Of a stretch of DNA of 64,000 bases, positions 29,139 through 43,328 are shown piece by piece. This stretch comes from the human T2T-CHM13v2.0 reference genome, Homo sapiens. The stretch lies in assembly GCF_009914755.1 (NCBI RefSeq), contig NC_060929.1; one strand, 5' to 3'. Position 1 is the stretch's first letter. Each line of letters begins with the position of its first letter. The position numbers were made by a program, and so were the translations under genes. Below the pieces are notes generated by a model that was not told the origin of the DNA, ran no database searches, and saw only the letters and a list, made by a program, of their open reading frames with translations.

Positions 29139-30475
29139 AGAAAGTCACACAGAGGGTTACCCAAACTAAGTCTCAAGATACCTGTTTCTAATGACTTTTA
29201 GATAGCATAGACCTCTTTATTGATTAAATAGGAAAGAGAAAAGAAAAAAAAAACTCTAGAATTTTTAGGATTCATAAAATTGGCATCACAATAACAGTAA
29301 TCACTTATGGCTCCTAAGAATTTTTTCTTTTTTTTTTTAAACCTTAAAGATTAGTTAATTTAATTACATCTTAAATACATCTCGCAAGTGACTACAAATT
29401 CTTTGAGGGCAGAGACAATATATTTTTTTTACCTTTTAATCCCTTAAAGACCTTCTACCTTTCCTTTCACATGGTGGACTTTTATTAATGTCCGCTGAAT
29501 GAATATAACATATTCATAATATAGTCATGTCTATACATTGATTAACATATTTGTTATCAACTGCAGAGTAGGCCCAGTCTTTCTCTTTTACTCTCTGTCC
29601 TTTTAAGAATTTTAAGAGCTTTTTGGGGAAAATAAAGTAAGAAGAAAACAATGAGTCATGTCTTTGTAGCCATCTAGATTTCTTAGCTCTGTTGCCTCAT
29701 TCTTCCTCCTCATTCTTCCCCCAGCCACGGTGGAGAAATAAAGTTGTCTGGGGTCTCATTACTGGACTACCCAATCTCAGTTCCCTTCTGTACTTTAGAA
29801 CTCTCTCCTTCCCTCATCTTGATTTCACTAGGCCACACTATAACCCTGCTTCCTGGAGAGAATCAGACCCATGTGAGCTCTTGAGCCTCCTGTTCCATGG
29901 ATCTCTCCACCAAGACAAGAGCCTACTCCAGGCTGCCAACCTGAGATTAGAGAGTTCATACTCTGATTGGTCCCCATAGAATTAATCAACGGTGGCCAAG
30001 AGTGTAGGTAACTAGATGGCTCATTCAGATCTGATACTCATTCCTGGACTTGTCAGCTGTGGCCTGGGTGGCAGAGTCACTTAAAAACATTGCAGCATCT
30101 TCAGAAATCTTTGGTTGGAGTAGAATAGATGCCAAAAAAGGTAGTTGTTGGCTTCTGATGAAATGGAAGGGTCAAATTAAATAATAGCTGAGGTCTCATC
30201 CCTTCTACCCATAAGATTCTATGATTTATCACTAAAACAATCACATACTAGGAGGTCATAAATAATTCTACACAAGTTCTTCTAATCTCCATATTTTCTT
30301 ACACCTATGGTCAAATACATCTCTCTTGCAAGAATTATATAACCAAATATTACATACACTATGTTAGAATAAAGAATGAACACTATCACTAGAAACTTGG
30401 AAGCAGATTTAAATACTGAAAAATATTATAGGTATCGAAAAGACCCTTTTTATTCTGGCAGAAATATATAAATCT

Positions 30476-30491
30476 GTGTGTGTGTGTGTGT

Positions 30492-30529
<38 letters not shown>
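30476..30529. repeat. (TG)n microsatellite
   Basis: About 27 TG units with one TC interruption. Confidence 0.97.
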
Positions 30530-30530
<1 letters not shown>

Positions 30531-30597
30531 TTCTGGTGCTATTTCTCAAAAGAGTTTTTTTTTTTGGTAGATTTTTTTTGGTTACTTTTTTATTTCA

Positions 30598-30933
<336 letters not shown>

Positions 30934-31938
30934 TTAGCCTTTACCTGTGTGTACTACAATTTAAAAGGCCATCTTTGAAAAGACAGTAAAACAGACTTTT
31001 ACTATGAAAAGCTACCATCTGGAACCCTTAGTAAACTGACTGTTGTCTCATAAAGAGTACAACCAAGCCTAATGCAACTTAATTGTTCACACAGTTTTGT
31101 AAGATGTACTTCTTCTATAACTCTACAGGACTTAAAAGAACTCATAATACTATATGATTGTATTATGGGTTCCATAAAACATTATGACAATGTATTTTCT
31201 GGAAAAATGTTTCCTAGTGAACATGCATACCCCAGACATTTTACCTTTCTCTTAAATTATTCCATCTGATTTTACTACCTTGCTCTTGCTAGAGTTAAGA
31301 GTTTTCTGAAAGCTTATTCAGTGTTAACTAATGTTACTTTTCCTGGGCCATTTTTGTTGGTATTGAGTTTTTTCTTTATGTGATCATAAAGTTATAGTTT
31401 AGAACAAGGTTATTTTGTTGCAAGAGTCTATTTAGGTGTAATATTTTTTAAGCAAATTGAAGTTGTTCTGATAAATGTTTATCTAAATTAAAATATAACT
31501 CCATAAACTATGATGTGGCCATTTAAAGGGGAGGTATATTAACTTTGTGGAATTGTGCCATTAAAGACAAAGAAAAAGAAAAAAGAAAAGCAGTTGGCTG
31601 GATGAAGTAGTATAGAATTGCAAACTTACATGAGATAATAATTAGAATCAATAAGACACCTAATGGAAAAAGAATATTCATATGATATATTCATTCATTC
31701 AACAAATTTTATTAAACACATCATCTACCAATGAATCTATGAAGATCAGGTACTTTAGCAATATAGAACAATGTACAATAACACATAACATAAGACAGTC
31801 CATGTGAAGGCAGTTCATTCCTGGTGTGGTGGCTCTATTGTCAGCATAACCCTGTGTTACTTTCATCTTTCTGCTTCAGCACCTAGCACATCACTTCTGT
31901 TCAAGTTCACTTCATAGTCCAACAGGGCAGTTGAAGCC

Positions 31939-32650
31939 TGTCTTAGTCTGCTTAGTTGCCATAGCAGAATACCATAGACTGGGTGGCTAATATAACAGAA
32001 ATGTATTCTCCCTCTGCTCTAGAAGCTAGAAGGCCAAAATCAAGTTGCTTTCAGCTTGATTTTTGATGAGGCTTCCCTTCCTGTCTTGTAAATGGCCATC
32101 TTCTTGCCGTATCCTCACACGGCCTTATCTCTGTGTACATAGTGGAGAGAGACAGAGAGAAAGGGGGTGGAGAGAGAGAGAGGGAGAGAGAGACAGAGAG
32201 AGAAAAAGAAGGAAGGAAGGAAAAAGAGAGAGAAAGAAGAAAGGGAGAGGAAGAAAGAGAAAGAAAGAGAAAGAGAGAGAGAAAGAGAGAAGAAAGAAAG
32301 AAAGAGAGAAGAAAGAAAGAAAGAGAGAGAGAGAAGAAAGAGAGAGAAAGAAGAAAGAAAGGGAGAGAAAGAAAGACAGAAAGAAAGAAAAAGAAAGAGA
32401 AAGAAAGAAAGAAAGAGAAAGAAAGAAGGGGAAGGAAGGAAGGGGAAGGAAGGAAGGAGAGAAAGAGAGAGAGAGATCTGGTATCCCTTTCTTTTATTAT
32501 AAGGACAATGGTCCTATCAGATTAGGGCCCCAGTGGTTGTGATTTCATTTAACCTTAATTACTTCCCTAAAGGCCCTATTTCCAAATGCTGTCACTTTAG
32601 CGGTTAGGGCTTCAACATATGAATCTCAGGGGACACAATTCACTCTATTG
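31939..32650 (-). mobile_element. MLT1A-like solo LTR with internal purine-repeat expansion
   Basis: tgtcttagtctgc...ataccatagactgggtggct on the left; tataaggac...gattagggcccc...ttagggcttcaacatatgaat...ggggacacaattca on the right. Confidence 0.88.
32144..32477. repeat. About 330-bp GA-rich polypurine tract ((GA)n, (GAAA)n, (GGAA)n)
   Basis: Read directly; only a few pyrimidines in the whole tract. Confidence 0.97.
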
Positions 32651-34659
32651 AGTGAACGCTAACTATTATACAAGAGTTCATAACTGAGAGAAGGACAAAG
32701 AAGAAAGGTAGAAGAAGGATAAAAGAGAAAGTAGAAGGACGTAAAAGGCATTCTGAGTTGAATCAGTTCTGCACAGGGGATTTCTGGGATATCCCATACA
32801 ATACTTCCACTTACTTTTTTTGGGCCAGTATTTAGTCGTACAGCTATGCTATCTACCTGTTGTCTTCTGGCTGTGTACACTGCTGCCCCAAGTAAAGATT
32901 TTATTACTAATGAAAAAAACGGATATTAAGAGCTAATAAGCCTTCTTAATCATATCCAGAACTGTGCTAGGCGTTGAGAATGAGAATATAAGTTCTTATT
33001 TTTAAGTACTCTAAGGAATTCCCAGTCTAACAGGAGACTAGTACATGTAAACCAGTTACCTTTAATATAAAGCGATACATCCTATGGGATAAATGTGTAC
33101 AAGTTCTGCAAAAACAGAGGAAGAATGATTATCAACGGGGGAGTTGGGGAGAGTTCACCAGGCTAAGAATTGAAGAAAGGAATTTCCAGAAGTGGGGAAA
33201 ACTTTAGCAGAAGTTCGATTGAGAATACAAGATGTTTCAGGGAACTGCGCATATTGAAGGGTGGCCATTACTTGACATTCTGAGCCAGAGTAGTAATGAG
33301 ATTGGAAAGGTCAAATGAGCCCTCATTTTAATGGGTCTAAAATGGTGCTTAAAAAGTGGGACAGCATTTATTGGGTGATGAATTTATAGATGTGTGTGTG
33401 TATATATTTTGATACAAGAAACCCTTCTGAAGAAATTAGTTATTAGATTCCATTGATGTCACAAGGTGTTCTTTTTGTTGTTGTTATTGGTTCGGTTGTT
33501 CTAATTTCTGCCCTTTTCAAGATTCAAATCACAACTTAAAAGCAAGGAGTTGCAAGAATATATGGAATGGTGAGAAATGATTGATGTTAGAAAGCTTTCG
33601 AAAATTGCAATACATAAGGAAAATTGTCCAATGCACATTCTTATTTATCTGCATTTATCTTTCTATATCCTGTTGAACTTTGCCGATAATTGTAGAAACA
33701 CCTTGGCATTTCTTTCTTCCATCTTTATATTTTCTTGATATCATTAGAAATAGATGTTCAGTCTACCTCTTGCATGCTGACCAATCCTAAATTGGGCGAT
33801 GACCTATTTATTTTGCATCTTCCCTGAATGCTTAATCTTCATGAACTAGAAATGGCCAGTAGAAAGTCAGTAAGTGTTACTTAATTTACTTCCGTATTTA
33901 TTAAATTTCTCCCAGAGTAAGGAATTATGAGTTCCTGGAGCAGCACATGTGTCTCTTTCTTACAGAAAATTTCAGTTCCATGGTGAGGATTATTTGCACA
34001 TCTCTGAAGAGGCAATGGTCCATCCAGACAAAATAGCACAGAGCCAGTACATAAAATAAGAAAGTGGACTGTGGACAAGTCCTGACAAAATTATGGAAAG
34101 AGGAACTAGTGAAAATTCTAGCAAGTCAGTATCTTTTCTGGCCAGTACATTTGTGTAAGCAAATTGAACTTTAATCATAATATAGTGCCAATTTGATTTC
34201 CAAAATCTTTGTCTTTTTTTGGTCCCGCCTTGGAAGTTGAATCTCAGTCATGTACACCAGAATATGAATGCGAGATGACAGCTCCCATAACAAATCACCC
34301 TTGGCCAGATTTCCGCCACTTGGTTGTTCATTTTGCCTACCTCTGAAATTAGCAAATCTCTGCCTTTGTCTACTTGTGCCTTCTCAGATCTGCTGCTCCT
34401 GGCCCATTCCTTGATCTCAATGTGGCTGAAAGTATTAAGATTTTAGAGCATGTATAAAGATAATAAAGGTCATTCAATCAAGCTCTTCTATTTTGTGCAT
34501 TTTTTGCTTCTCTAAGAAGCAAGAATGGCACTGTGATTTCATTGTTGAAATAGTTAAGAAAATAGGGGACAATTTTGATAAAATTAGAAAATCTTAGAGA
34601 AGTATCCTGTTACTACGTCTTCAAATGTATAATGATAATTATACAGGAAAATTTAAAGG

Positions 34660-34796
34660 CATTTTTATCATAAAATGCTTCAAGCAAACGAGAAAATTAT
34701 GAGGAATAATATATCAAATAGCAATGTGCCCTCTACCCAGCTTTGCAAAATCTAAACATTTTTCTGTAATTGTTTATTTTTCATAAGAAATAAAAC
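34660..34796 (-). mobile_element. Ancient L1ME-like 3' UTR fragment, resuming at about 35202-35310
   Basis: acccagctttgcaaaatctaaacatttt...aagaaataaaac, then atataaagttaaagcc...cctccccttctccc...gtaacctctaccctgaatttt; recalled L1ME4-type motif order. Confidence 0.5.
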
Positions 34797-36552
34797 TTTA
34801 TTAGGATTTTTGAGAAAGTCCAGTAAAGACCAAACCTCTTCCTCACTTGAGATCAGAACCAATTGGGAAATGACAAAGAATCAGACTGATGAATCAGCAT
34901 GGCTGATGAATTAAATTCCCACTACTGAACCGTAGAGGAGGCTGTCTACACTCCAGCGCCAGCCGAGAGCCTGACACTGGACGAACAAAGCAAAGCATTT
35001 TCTTAACGTAGGCAGGCTCAGTTCTAAAAGAAAATGAGAAAGAGAGGATGGGGCTGGCCACACAGTGTCTCCTTCCAGACTCACCAATCAGTTAGTGTGA
35101 AGGAAGGGCAGGTTGAGAAATAGCCGAGAAGTATTACAACCGGTGAGGCACTCACCCCATGGAAGGAAACGTCAGAAGTGGAAAGTTAGCATTTCCCTCT
35201 AAAAACATATAAAGTTAAAGCCATGTTTTTATTCCCTTTTAGACCCTATTTTTTCCTCCCCTTCTCCCATGCAAATGTAACCTCTACCCTGAATTTTAAG
35301 ATCCTTATATATAACAAATACTTAGTCACTAGTGTTGTGATTCTAAGTATCAGAATGCTTCCATTTAAGGGAAATATTGGCTGCCGGTTCTTGGGGATAT
35401 TGACTATAACATCTGCAGTTACTTCAGTTTCAAGATACTCTTGTAGACTAATGGAAAGAATGTAAAAGATGATGCTACTAGATAGAAATAGAGTTTGGAT
35501 CGAAGGATGTTACTGCCCAACTAATGTTCTAAGTGCTGAAAGATCATCCTGGTCTTAGCAACAGCAATTATAACTAAGAAAACAAAGTTTAGAGTTATCT
35601 CAAAACAGAAAAGAAAGCATCAAAAAGTTATCTCTTTCCTCTGAAACAAAAATAAGCATTCTAGTGACCCTTGCCTTCTGAAATATTTCAACATTCCAAG
35701 CTACTGAGACTTTTCTTATTTTCTTATAAACAAACTTTAATGCCCTTTAAAATACTTTCTGATTTCTTTTCTAAGCGTTTTCAGGTGAATAACAAGTTAC
35801 ATTCGTTTGGCTTATTTTCTCTTCATAAAATGGACAAGTTTTTAGTTGAGCAGAGGAACCGAAAAACTTCTGAATGAAGGAAATATTTGGTAGTGAATGA
35901 TATAATGGAAAATTGCTATAATAAGTAGCTGGGAAGAAGCAAGGAAGGGAGAGAAATTATACAGAATCATTTTAGTTTAAGTGGCAGTGTATGATTAGAA
36001 GCAGTACTGAGACATTGAGAAAAATAGTCTATTACATACCATAGGAAAATCAACAATGGCATCTCTGAATATGGAATTGCTAGTTAAAGCTACTAGGTGA
36101 CTCTAGGATGGACAATTTTTTTTAATAGGTTTTTGGTTTTGGTTGAGGTACACTGTCAGAGTGTGCACAGTATTTCATTTTGTTAGTTAGCTTCATGAAG
36201 ACCTTAATTTATTAATGTTAATGATTGACCACTTGTGTGTTAAACCAGAAAGTATTTAGTCAGTTGAATTCCATCACAAAAGAAATGTTATGAATCCGTA
36301 TATTTTGCCTCCTATTTCTGAGAAATATGGCAAATAAAAAAAGAGAGGTCAAACTAAATCTAATACCTCTTTAAGTCCCACAGCAAAATAAAACATAGGT
36401 AGGCCTCATTTTATGTTTTGATTATGTCTTGAAAACCTTGTATACAAGTTAAAACATTTGTAAAAGTCTAGGCATGCTTCATTTTTGAAATAATGTGGTA
36501 GATAACTTAAAATGCCAGTAATTATTTTCCAGTCTAAATAATCACAACATTG

Positions 36553-36869
36553 AGTCAGGTGTGGTGACTCACGCCTGTAATCCCAGCACTTCAGGAGGCC
36601 GAGGCAGGCGGATCACTCGAGCCCAGGAGTTCAAAACCAGTCTGGGCAACGTGACGAGCACTTTTCTATACAAAAAATACAAAAATTAACCAGGCATGGT
36701 GGCATGTGCCTCTGGTCTTAGCTACTTGGGAGGCTGAGGTGGAAGAATCACTTGAGCTGGCGAGGCCGAGGCTGCAGTGAGCCATGATTGCACCACTGCA
36801 TCCTAGGCTGGGTGACTGAGTGAGACCCTGCCTCAAAACAAAAACAACAACTACAACAACAACAACAAA
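36553..36869 (+). mobile_element. Alu (J-like) with (CAA)n tail
   Basis: Dimeric Alu; TSD tcacaacat. Confidence 0.96.
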
Positions 36870-39800
36870 GTCACAACATAATTTAATAGATTTTTTCATA
36901 TGTTGGAATTTCACTAAGTGAAGAATACCTGTTATATGTTATATGTTATAGGTGATACCGTAAGGCATATGAATGATCATATTTCTAAAAAACTTTTTAC
37001 TTTGGCTCCTAAATTTCAATAATCTAAATAAATACTTTGAGGTATATTTGAATATGTTTTTTGTTTTCATTCATTTCTATTTTATTTTTATTTACATCTG
37101 AATGTGTTTTCACGAAACAATTTTAGCTCCAAACTCCAAATTGCACTATTAGGGAAAGGGAGAATAGCTTTTGGCTCTTCTTGTACTATTTGAACATTAG
37201 GTAACTGGTTACTGTCTTCTGCACACTTTTAGGATGTCATTGGTTCAATCTCAGGGTCAAGTCTTACCCAACTGTCCTATGTACTCTGTCCATTCATGCC
37301 TTAAAAGAAAGAACCTGAAGAAAAAGTTGTACCTTTATTAGCAGGTTCTTTTAAATGAATTTTATTAATTAACATATAATTTCTTCTCAGTAAGATATGT
37401 GAGCTGGCAACACATTGCCAATCCTATGGTTATTTTTGTTAGTATGCACAATAGGTAGTTTCATGGGTCAGGAAAGCAGAAATAGTATACAAGGTTAAAG
37501 AAATGATTTTCAGTTCTCTAATTTCCACTGGAATTATTAAACATATAAATAAACAAAAAAGAAGTAAGATAACTCACTGTCCCTAGGTGAAGCAATGAAA
37601 GTAAGTGAAGTAGTAACTGTGTCTCCTGTTTCACCCTCATGCTTGGACATGTGTATGCCTTCAAAAGCTCACATCCAAGTCATCCAGAAAAATTAGCCTG
37701 TTAAATAGTATAGGAGAATCAACAATGGAATCTCTTAGTGCCTGGAATTTGCAATTGCCAGTTAAAGCTAGTAGGTAAATTAAAAATAATTTATTTTACA
37801 GTGTATACTACCTCTTTGCTTTACTGACCCTCAAAAACGCCTGCTGTGTATACTAACAAAAATACCTTTATAACTGGCAATATCTTACTGAGAAAAAGTT
37901 ATAAGTAAATGAATAAAATTCATGGAAAATATTCCACTAACGAAAGTACCACTTTTATTCAGATTCTTATACATGCAAAGGCTTACAATATCATATTTCT
38001 GGGTAAATACTTAAATAGGATGCCACCCTGCTTTGTTTTGAAGCGTAGTACGCCTTTCCGTATGCAGTGCTCCATGCTGTGCAGTCACGGAAATTAATGA
38101 GTTCAGCGTTCAGGATGCCAGGGCAGCTGGAGAACAGAGTTCTGTGCTCATGTGGCTTACACAAACACACGAGTTGTGTTTCCCACAGTGGGATCCAGGG
38201 ACCCCTGAGGTTCTGCAGCTTTTTTATTTGGTGAAACATAGATCCGAAAGATGATGCTGATGTGGTGAAGGGGGTTGGTTTCTGAAACTGTTTAAGAATT
38301 TTAGAGATCAAGAGTAGGTCTGAGAGGAGCTGGCAAAGCAGGCATTTATTTGTGGTGGGAGGATATGGGGAAAGAGCAGATGTCTGTAGATACTACAAAG
38401 GAAAATAAACACCATGAAAGAACAAACTTATGTAGAAAAATTTTAAAGGAAGATTTTTTAAGAAAGGATGTTTGGGAAACACTCTAGGAGTTATTCTGGG
38501 TAGCACTTATAAAATGGGACAACTTCTTACAGCCAGAATGACCTTTATACTGAAAGTCTTCATTTCTTTTGATTTATTCCATCCTGTCCCATTTAACAAA
38601 CTTGTATTAAACAGCTACTTTGTATCAAGAACTATACTTCCTTGCCTCCTTTCCACCAGACACAGATATACACATATACACACACTCACTTTGAAGTTCA
38701 AATACCATTTGTAATAACTGGAGACCCACAGGACTTTAGCACTAAAAGTCAAAACAATTCGCTTGCTATGGCAAGATGAAGTTAAAAAGCAGCTTCCCAG
38801 GATGAAACTTGGAAAATGCTTAAATACTGAGGTGTTTATTTGGATTTGCTTTTCTAAACTTGTTGATGGAGGTAGGTATCTTGCTGACATATTACATCAT
38901 TTCTGATGAAAGAATTTTAGTAAGATTTCTTGAGCCAGATTTTCTTCTTAACATTAATTGTATTGGGAAGTTCCAATTGTTTGAAGGAGACACTGAGTTG
39001 GATATATTATTTTTTACATCAAATATAAATTTTCTGTATTTGAGATTATGATGTCATTTCCAAATGGTTGTGTTGCTTCTGTACTCATTGGCCAAGGCCC
39101 TATAATTATTTGTCATATTTTAATTCTCTTTGTTCCCCATATCTTTACCACTAGAGGTCTGTGGCTCCTCCTTCTCAAGGTTATGGTGCTATAAAAATAC
39201 TCATTTCAGATTTCAAACCAACTAGAATGATGTAGTACTATAGAGTTTTTGGATTCAGTTATACTTTGAGTCAAATTTTATCTTTTACAGCAACCATATA
39301 CATCCACACTGAGATCAAACTCACTTAACCTATTAAGAGTAATAAAACTGATTAAAATTTCCAACCCATAAGACTAATATTATAAAGTTGTTATACATTA
39401 AGGAAAAGGGCTTCCAACTTTCACAAACTCTTATTACTAAAATGTTTTTCTTCCAACCTCCTGTATTGCCTCAAAATGGAATATATTTCATCTGAATTTA
39501 GTAGGTAAAAGTAAATTTGGAGTTATAGAAAATACTTAATATATCACCTTTTAGTTACAGTGAGAATATATGACTTTAGGAGTTTATACCATGTGAATGG
39601 GGTGAATTAACTCTTTCCACCAGGAGGCTTTGGCAAGAGGTAAGAGCTACCAAGAATGTACCAGGGCTCAGGCTTGGGGAAGAGAGGGGCCTCTCCAGCT
39701 CTTCATTATAGAGCTCATACTTTCTAGATATGCTGTCTGATTCTCAGGTGGTTCAGGTCGGTGAATTCCTTAGTAGAATATTAATATACTAGAAAGAGTC

Positions 39801-40371
39801 ACTGCAGGGTCACCCTGTCCTTGTAATAGACTTGCAACCCTTAAAATAGGTTAGAGGGGAGTAAATTTTCATTAGAGTGAAAGAAGGCCCAACTTGTGAT
39901 TGGCTCAGATCCTAGGTGGTATCACAGATATGCATCATGTTTTGAGCAACTGAGATGAGAATCCAAGGACTCTAACTGAATGGAATGGTGTCATCTGTAC
40001 TCCTCCTCCCTGGCTAGCTCTTCCACTTAGAAGGCCTGACACCCTCATCTTAGATTTTCTTCATGTATGTCATTGCAGCCAAGTTTAGAAACAGGAGATT
40101 TGCTATGAAAATAAGTCCATGAATCTGCTGTCTCATCCCCACTGATGTAACATACCTGTATTGTGTTTCAAGATACAGTCATCAAAATTAGGGAAAAGTC
40201 CTCTTTTGAAAGAAAAATCAACTGCCAAATGGTATACTGATTCTTTGGATTCTACCTACGAAATCAGTTAGCTCATTTTTTGATTATTCTCTTTTGCTAA
40301 ATGCATAATTTGTATTTCTTGCAGCAATTAATACCTGAAAGTTATTTGTAAGCTCATTTCAAATGTGATAA

Positions 40372-40728
<357 letters not shown>

Positions 40729-43114
40729 TAGCATCATCTTTTTATGACTGTATTTCCAGGCCCTACCATATATTCAATTCAGAGTAAACACTTGGTTATA
40801 TTTGTGGAGTAGTGGAATATATGAATGATTGAATAAATAATATAGATGAAAAGATTAGTTCCTGTATCTCCAGGGATCACTATCTTTCTATACCACCAAA
40901 GAATTTGCCCTAAAACCATTCACTGTAAAAACATAATTATGATTATATCTTGTCTTAATCTTATGTCATTATTTCATTCCTTATGTTAAAAATAATAAAA
41001 ATAATGTTAATTCTATGATTTCTCCTATTTCTAAATTGCATAAACATATGTAAGAAGCTACTGAAATAAAGCAATAGCATTTTAATACATTCCCTTGTCA
41101 CCATTTATTTGATACCCTCTTGCCTTGGCTTGGAATTTGCAATATTCAGAATTGCATTTGTTGTTGAATATTCCTATCTGGATATTACTAGATTGGGATT
41201 TCTGACCCACCTAGTCCAAAGACAGAATTTCTTTATTAAGAAGCCAACAACTAAACAGGCTACAGTAATACTCCTTGGAACTCAAGGATGCGTACAAGAG
41301 GGTGGCTTCCTTCAATCTGTCAACAGCCTCTGTCACCTCCATTTATCCTTTTTCTGCCAGTCCTATTCTCAAATACTCCAGAGCTACAAGATGATTAAGA
41401 GCCATCATGAGACTTTTGAGGATTGTTGTGAGCTGGGTTGTTATTTTTATTTTTATTTTTATTAATCAGACCAACTCAATAGCACCCTAGTTACAGAAAT
41501 CCTATGATTTGGCCTCATAAGATCAATGTTGAAATCTTGCTTCTGTCATTAATGCAACCTGGCTTTTGGCAAATCACTCAACCTCTCTGAGCTTCAGTTT
41601 CTTAATACACAAAAAGAGGGGAATGTCTGCTGTCCTGCCTCACCTCCTCAAATTATTGAATAGCTCAATATCATTACTGTTATTATTATTATTATATTTT
41701 AAAATGTTTGTAAGCAGAAAGCACTGCAGAGCTGTAGGTTGCTTCTCCCTCTTTCTCACTTAGTTTTCTTACATATCAAATTCCATCCTGGGGTAAAGTA
41801 ATTGCTCACAATTTCTTTTTATAAGAGATATCCTTCAACACCAGCAATTTCATCTTTCTCTTTTTTTAACTCTTGCATATATAGCATATATAACCATATT
41901 TGAATGGGAGCAAGTCTTTTCATTTCTTTTCTACTTGGACCTATAAGTTCTAGCTGAAGTCCTTCAAGAAGTTAGATCTGGAGCTCTGTGGCCAGGACTT
42001 TTCTCCTTACTCAGACTTTCCAGTCATTCCCCAAATCCTTTCCAGCCCATTGCTATTGTAGAAAAGTCTTCTCCCCAAATTTGCCTCTCAGGAGATGCAG
42101 TTATGCAGACTAATATGTGGCTGTCTTCTAAGCTCATCCTCATATCACTTTGTACTAGCCCTTTCTAGTTTTAGGACTAAGATGTAAAAATTGAATTAAT
42201 ATGAATAGTGGTTACTACTTTGGATTTGGAAGCCTGTGGAAATGTGGGCACATTTCTCTGCCTTCCCAAGCTTTCTTCTCCTTATTTTCAGAATGATGAT
42301 AGTAATGGTATTTAATTATAGAGTTGCTGGCAAATTAAATGAGAGTAACACATGGTTAGTACACAATATAGTTATTATTTATAAGGGGAAAAATTACTGG
42401 TTTTCAATTGCTGGTACATGTGAAATCAGAATTTCTTTTGACATCTGTCTTATCTATGTTTATTTCCCATTATTTTTTGTATTTTTTCTATATTGTCTCT
42501 GAAGCCACCTCTGTGTTTTGCTTTTCTGGGAGTGGAAGTGGAAGCTCGGTTGTGAATAAGTACAATTTTGCTTTACTTCTGGTACATAAAATTCCAAGAC
42601 AACTTAGTATAACAAAATTCACATTGAACTAAAAGTTATGAAAAGCTGCTTTTACTGTTTACTCACTCCTTTAAATCAAAAGAACTGGATGTAAACTATT
42701 TTTTTATGTCATCTCCTGTTCTTCAGGCTCTTCGGTGCCTCAGAAAACATAAAAGAGTCTGATTTACAATCATTTTGGGCAAATTGCCTGTAGAATTCTA
42801 AGGACAGGAAATGAAAAAAGAAGTACAGCACACACCCCCAGACATTCCACACAACATGTAGAATAAATAAACAGCCCCAAAAAGGAAACCAAAACTGCTT
42901 GGTCTTATGTTGAGGAGGGGGTACCACAAATGGCTTTTGGAGAAAATGTATTAAAGATGATGACATGCTAGAAAAATCCTTCAGGGGGGTGAAATTGACC
43001 CTGATTAAAGATGATCCTTTTCCCCTTTTCTCTACAGCATAGTGAGTATTTTTTATTTAGATAACTTCCATTACCTGTATTGACATTATGAAAAAGAAAT
43101 ACCACGTTACAGAG

Positions 43115-43262
43115 CTGTGCTTTCCAAACCTTAATAGGCAGGGCTGCCCTGGGGATCTCGTGGAAGCGTAGGTAGTGATTCAGGGAATGTGGATAGGGCC
43201 TGAGGTTCTGCATTATTCACAAGCTCCCAGGTGATACAGATGCTGCTGGTTTATGAGCCGTG
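43115..43262. mobile_element. MER5A-like fragment
   Basis: gggcctgaggttctgcattattcacaagctcccaggtgatacagatgctgctggt. Confidence 0.75.
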
Positions 43263-43328
43263 GTTGGTTTTCGGTCATCTTCTTCAACAAAATAATTGGT
43301 GGTGATGTTCTTGTCTTCATCTGTTCAA

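Noticed and set aside
32063-32542. Three overlapping K/E/R-rich ORFs (111-159 aa)
   Set aside because: They arise from a nearly T-free purine repeat that cannot contain stop codons, inside an LTR.
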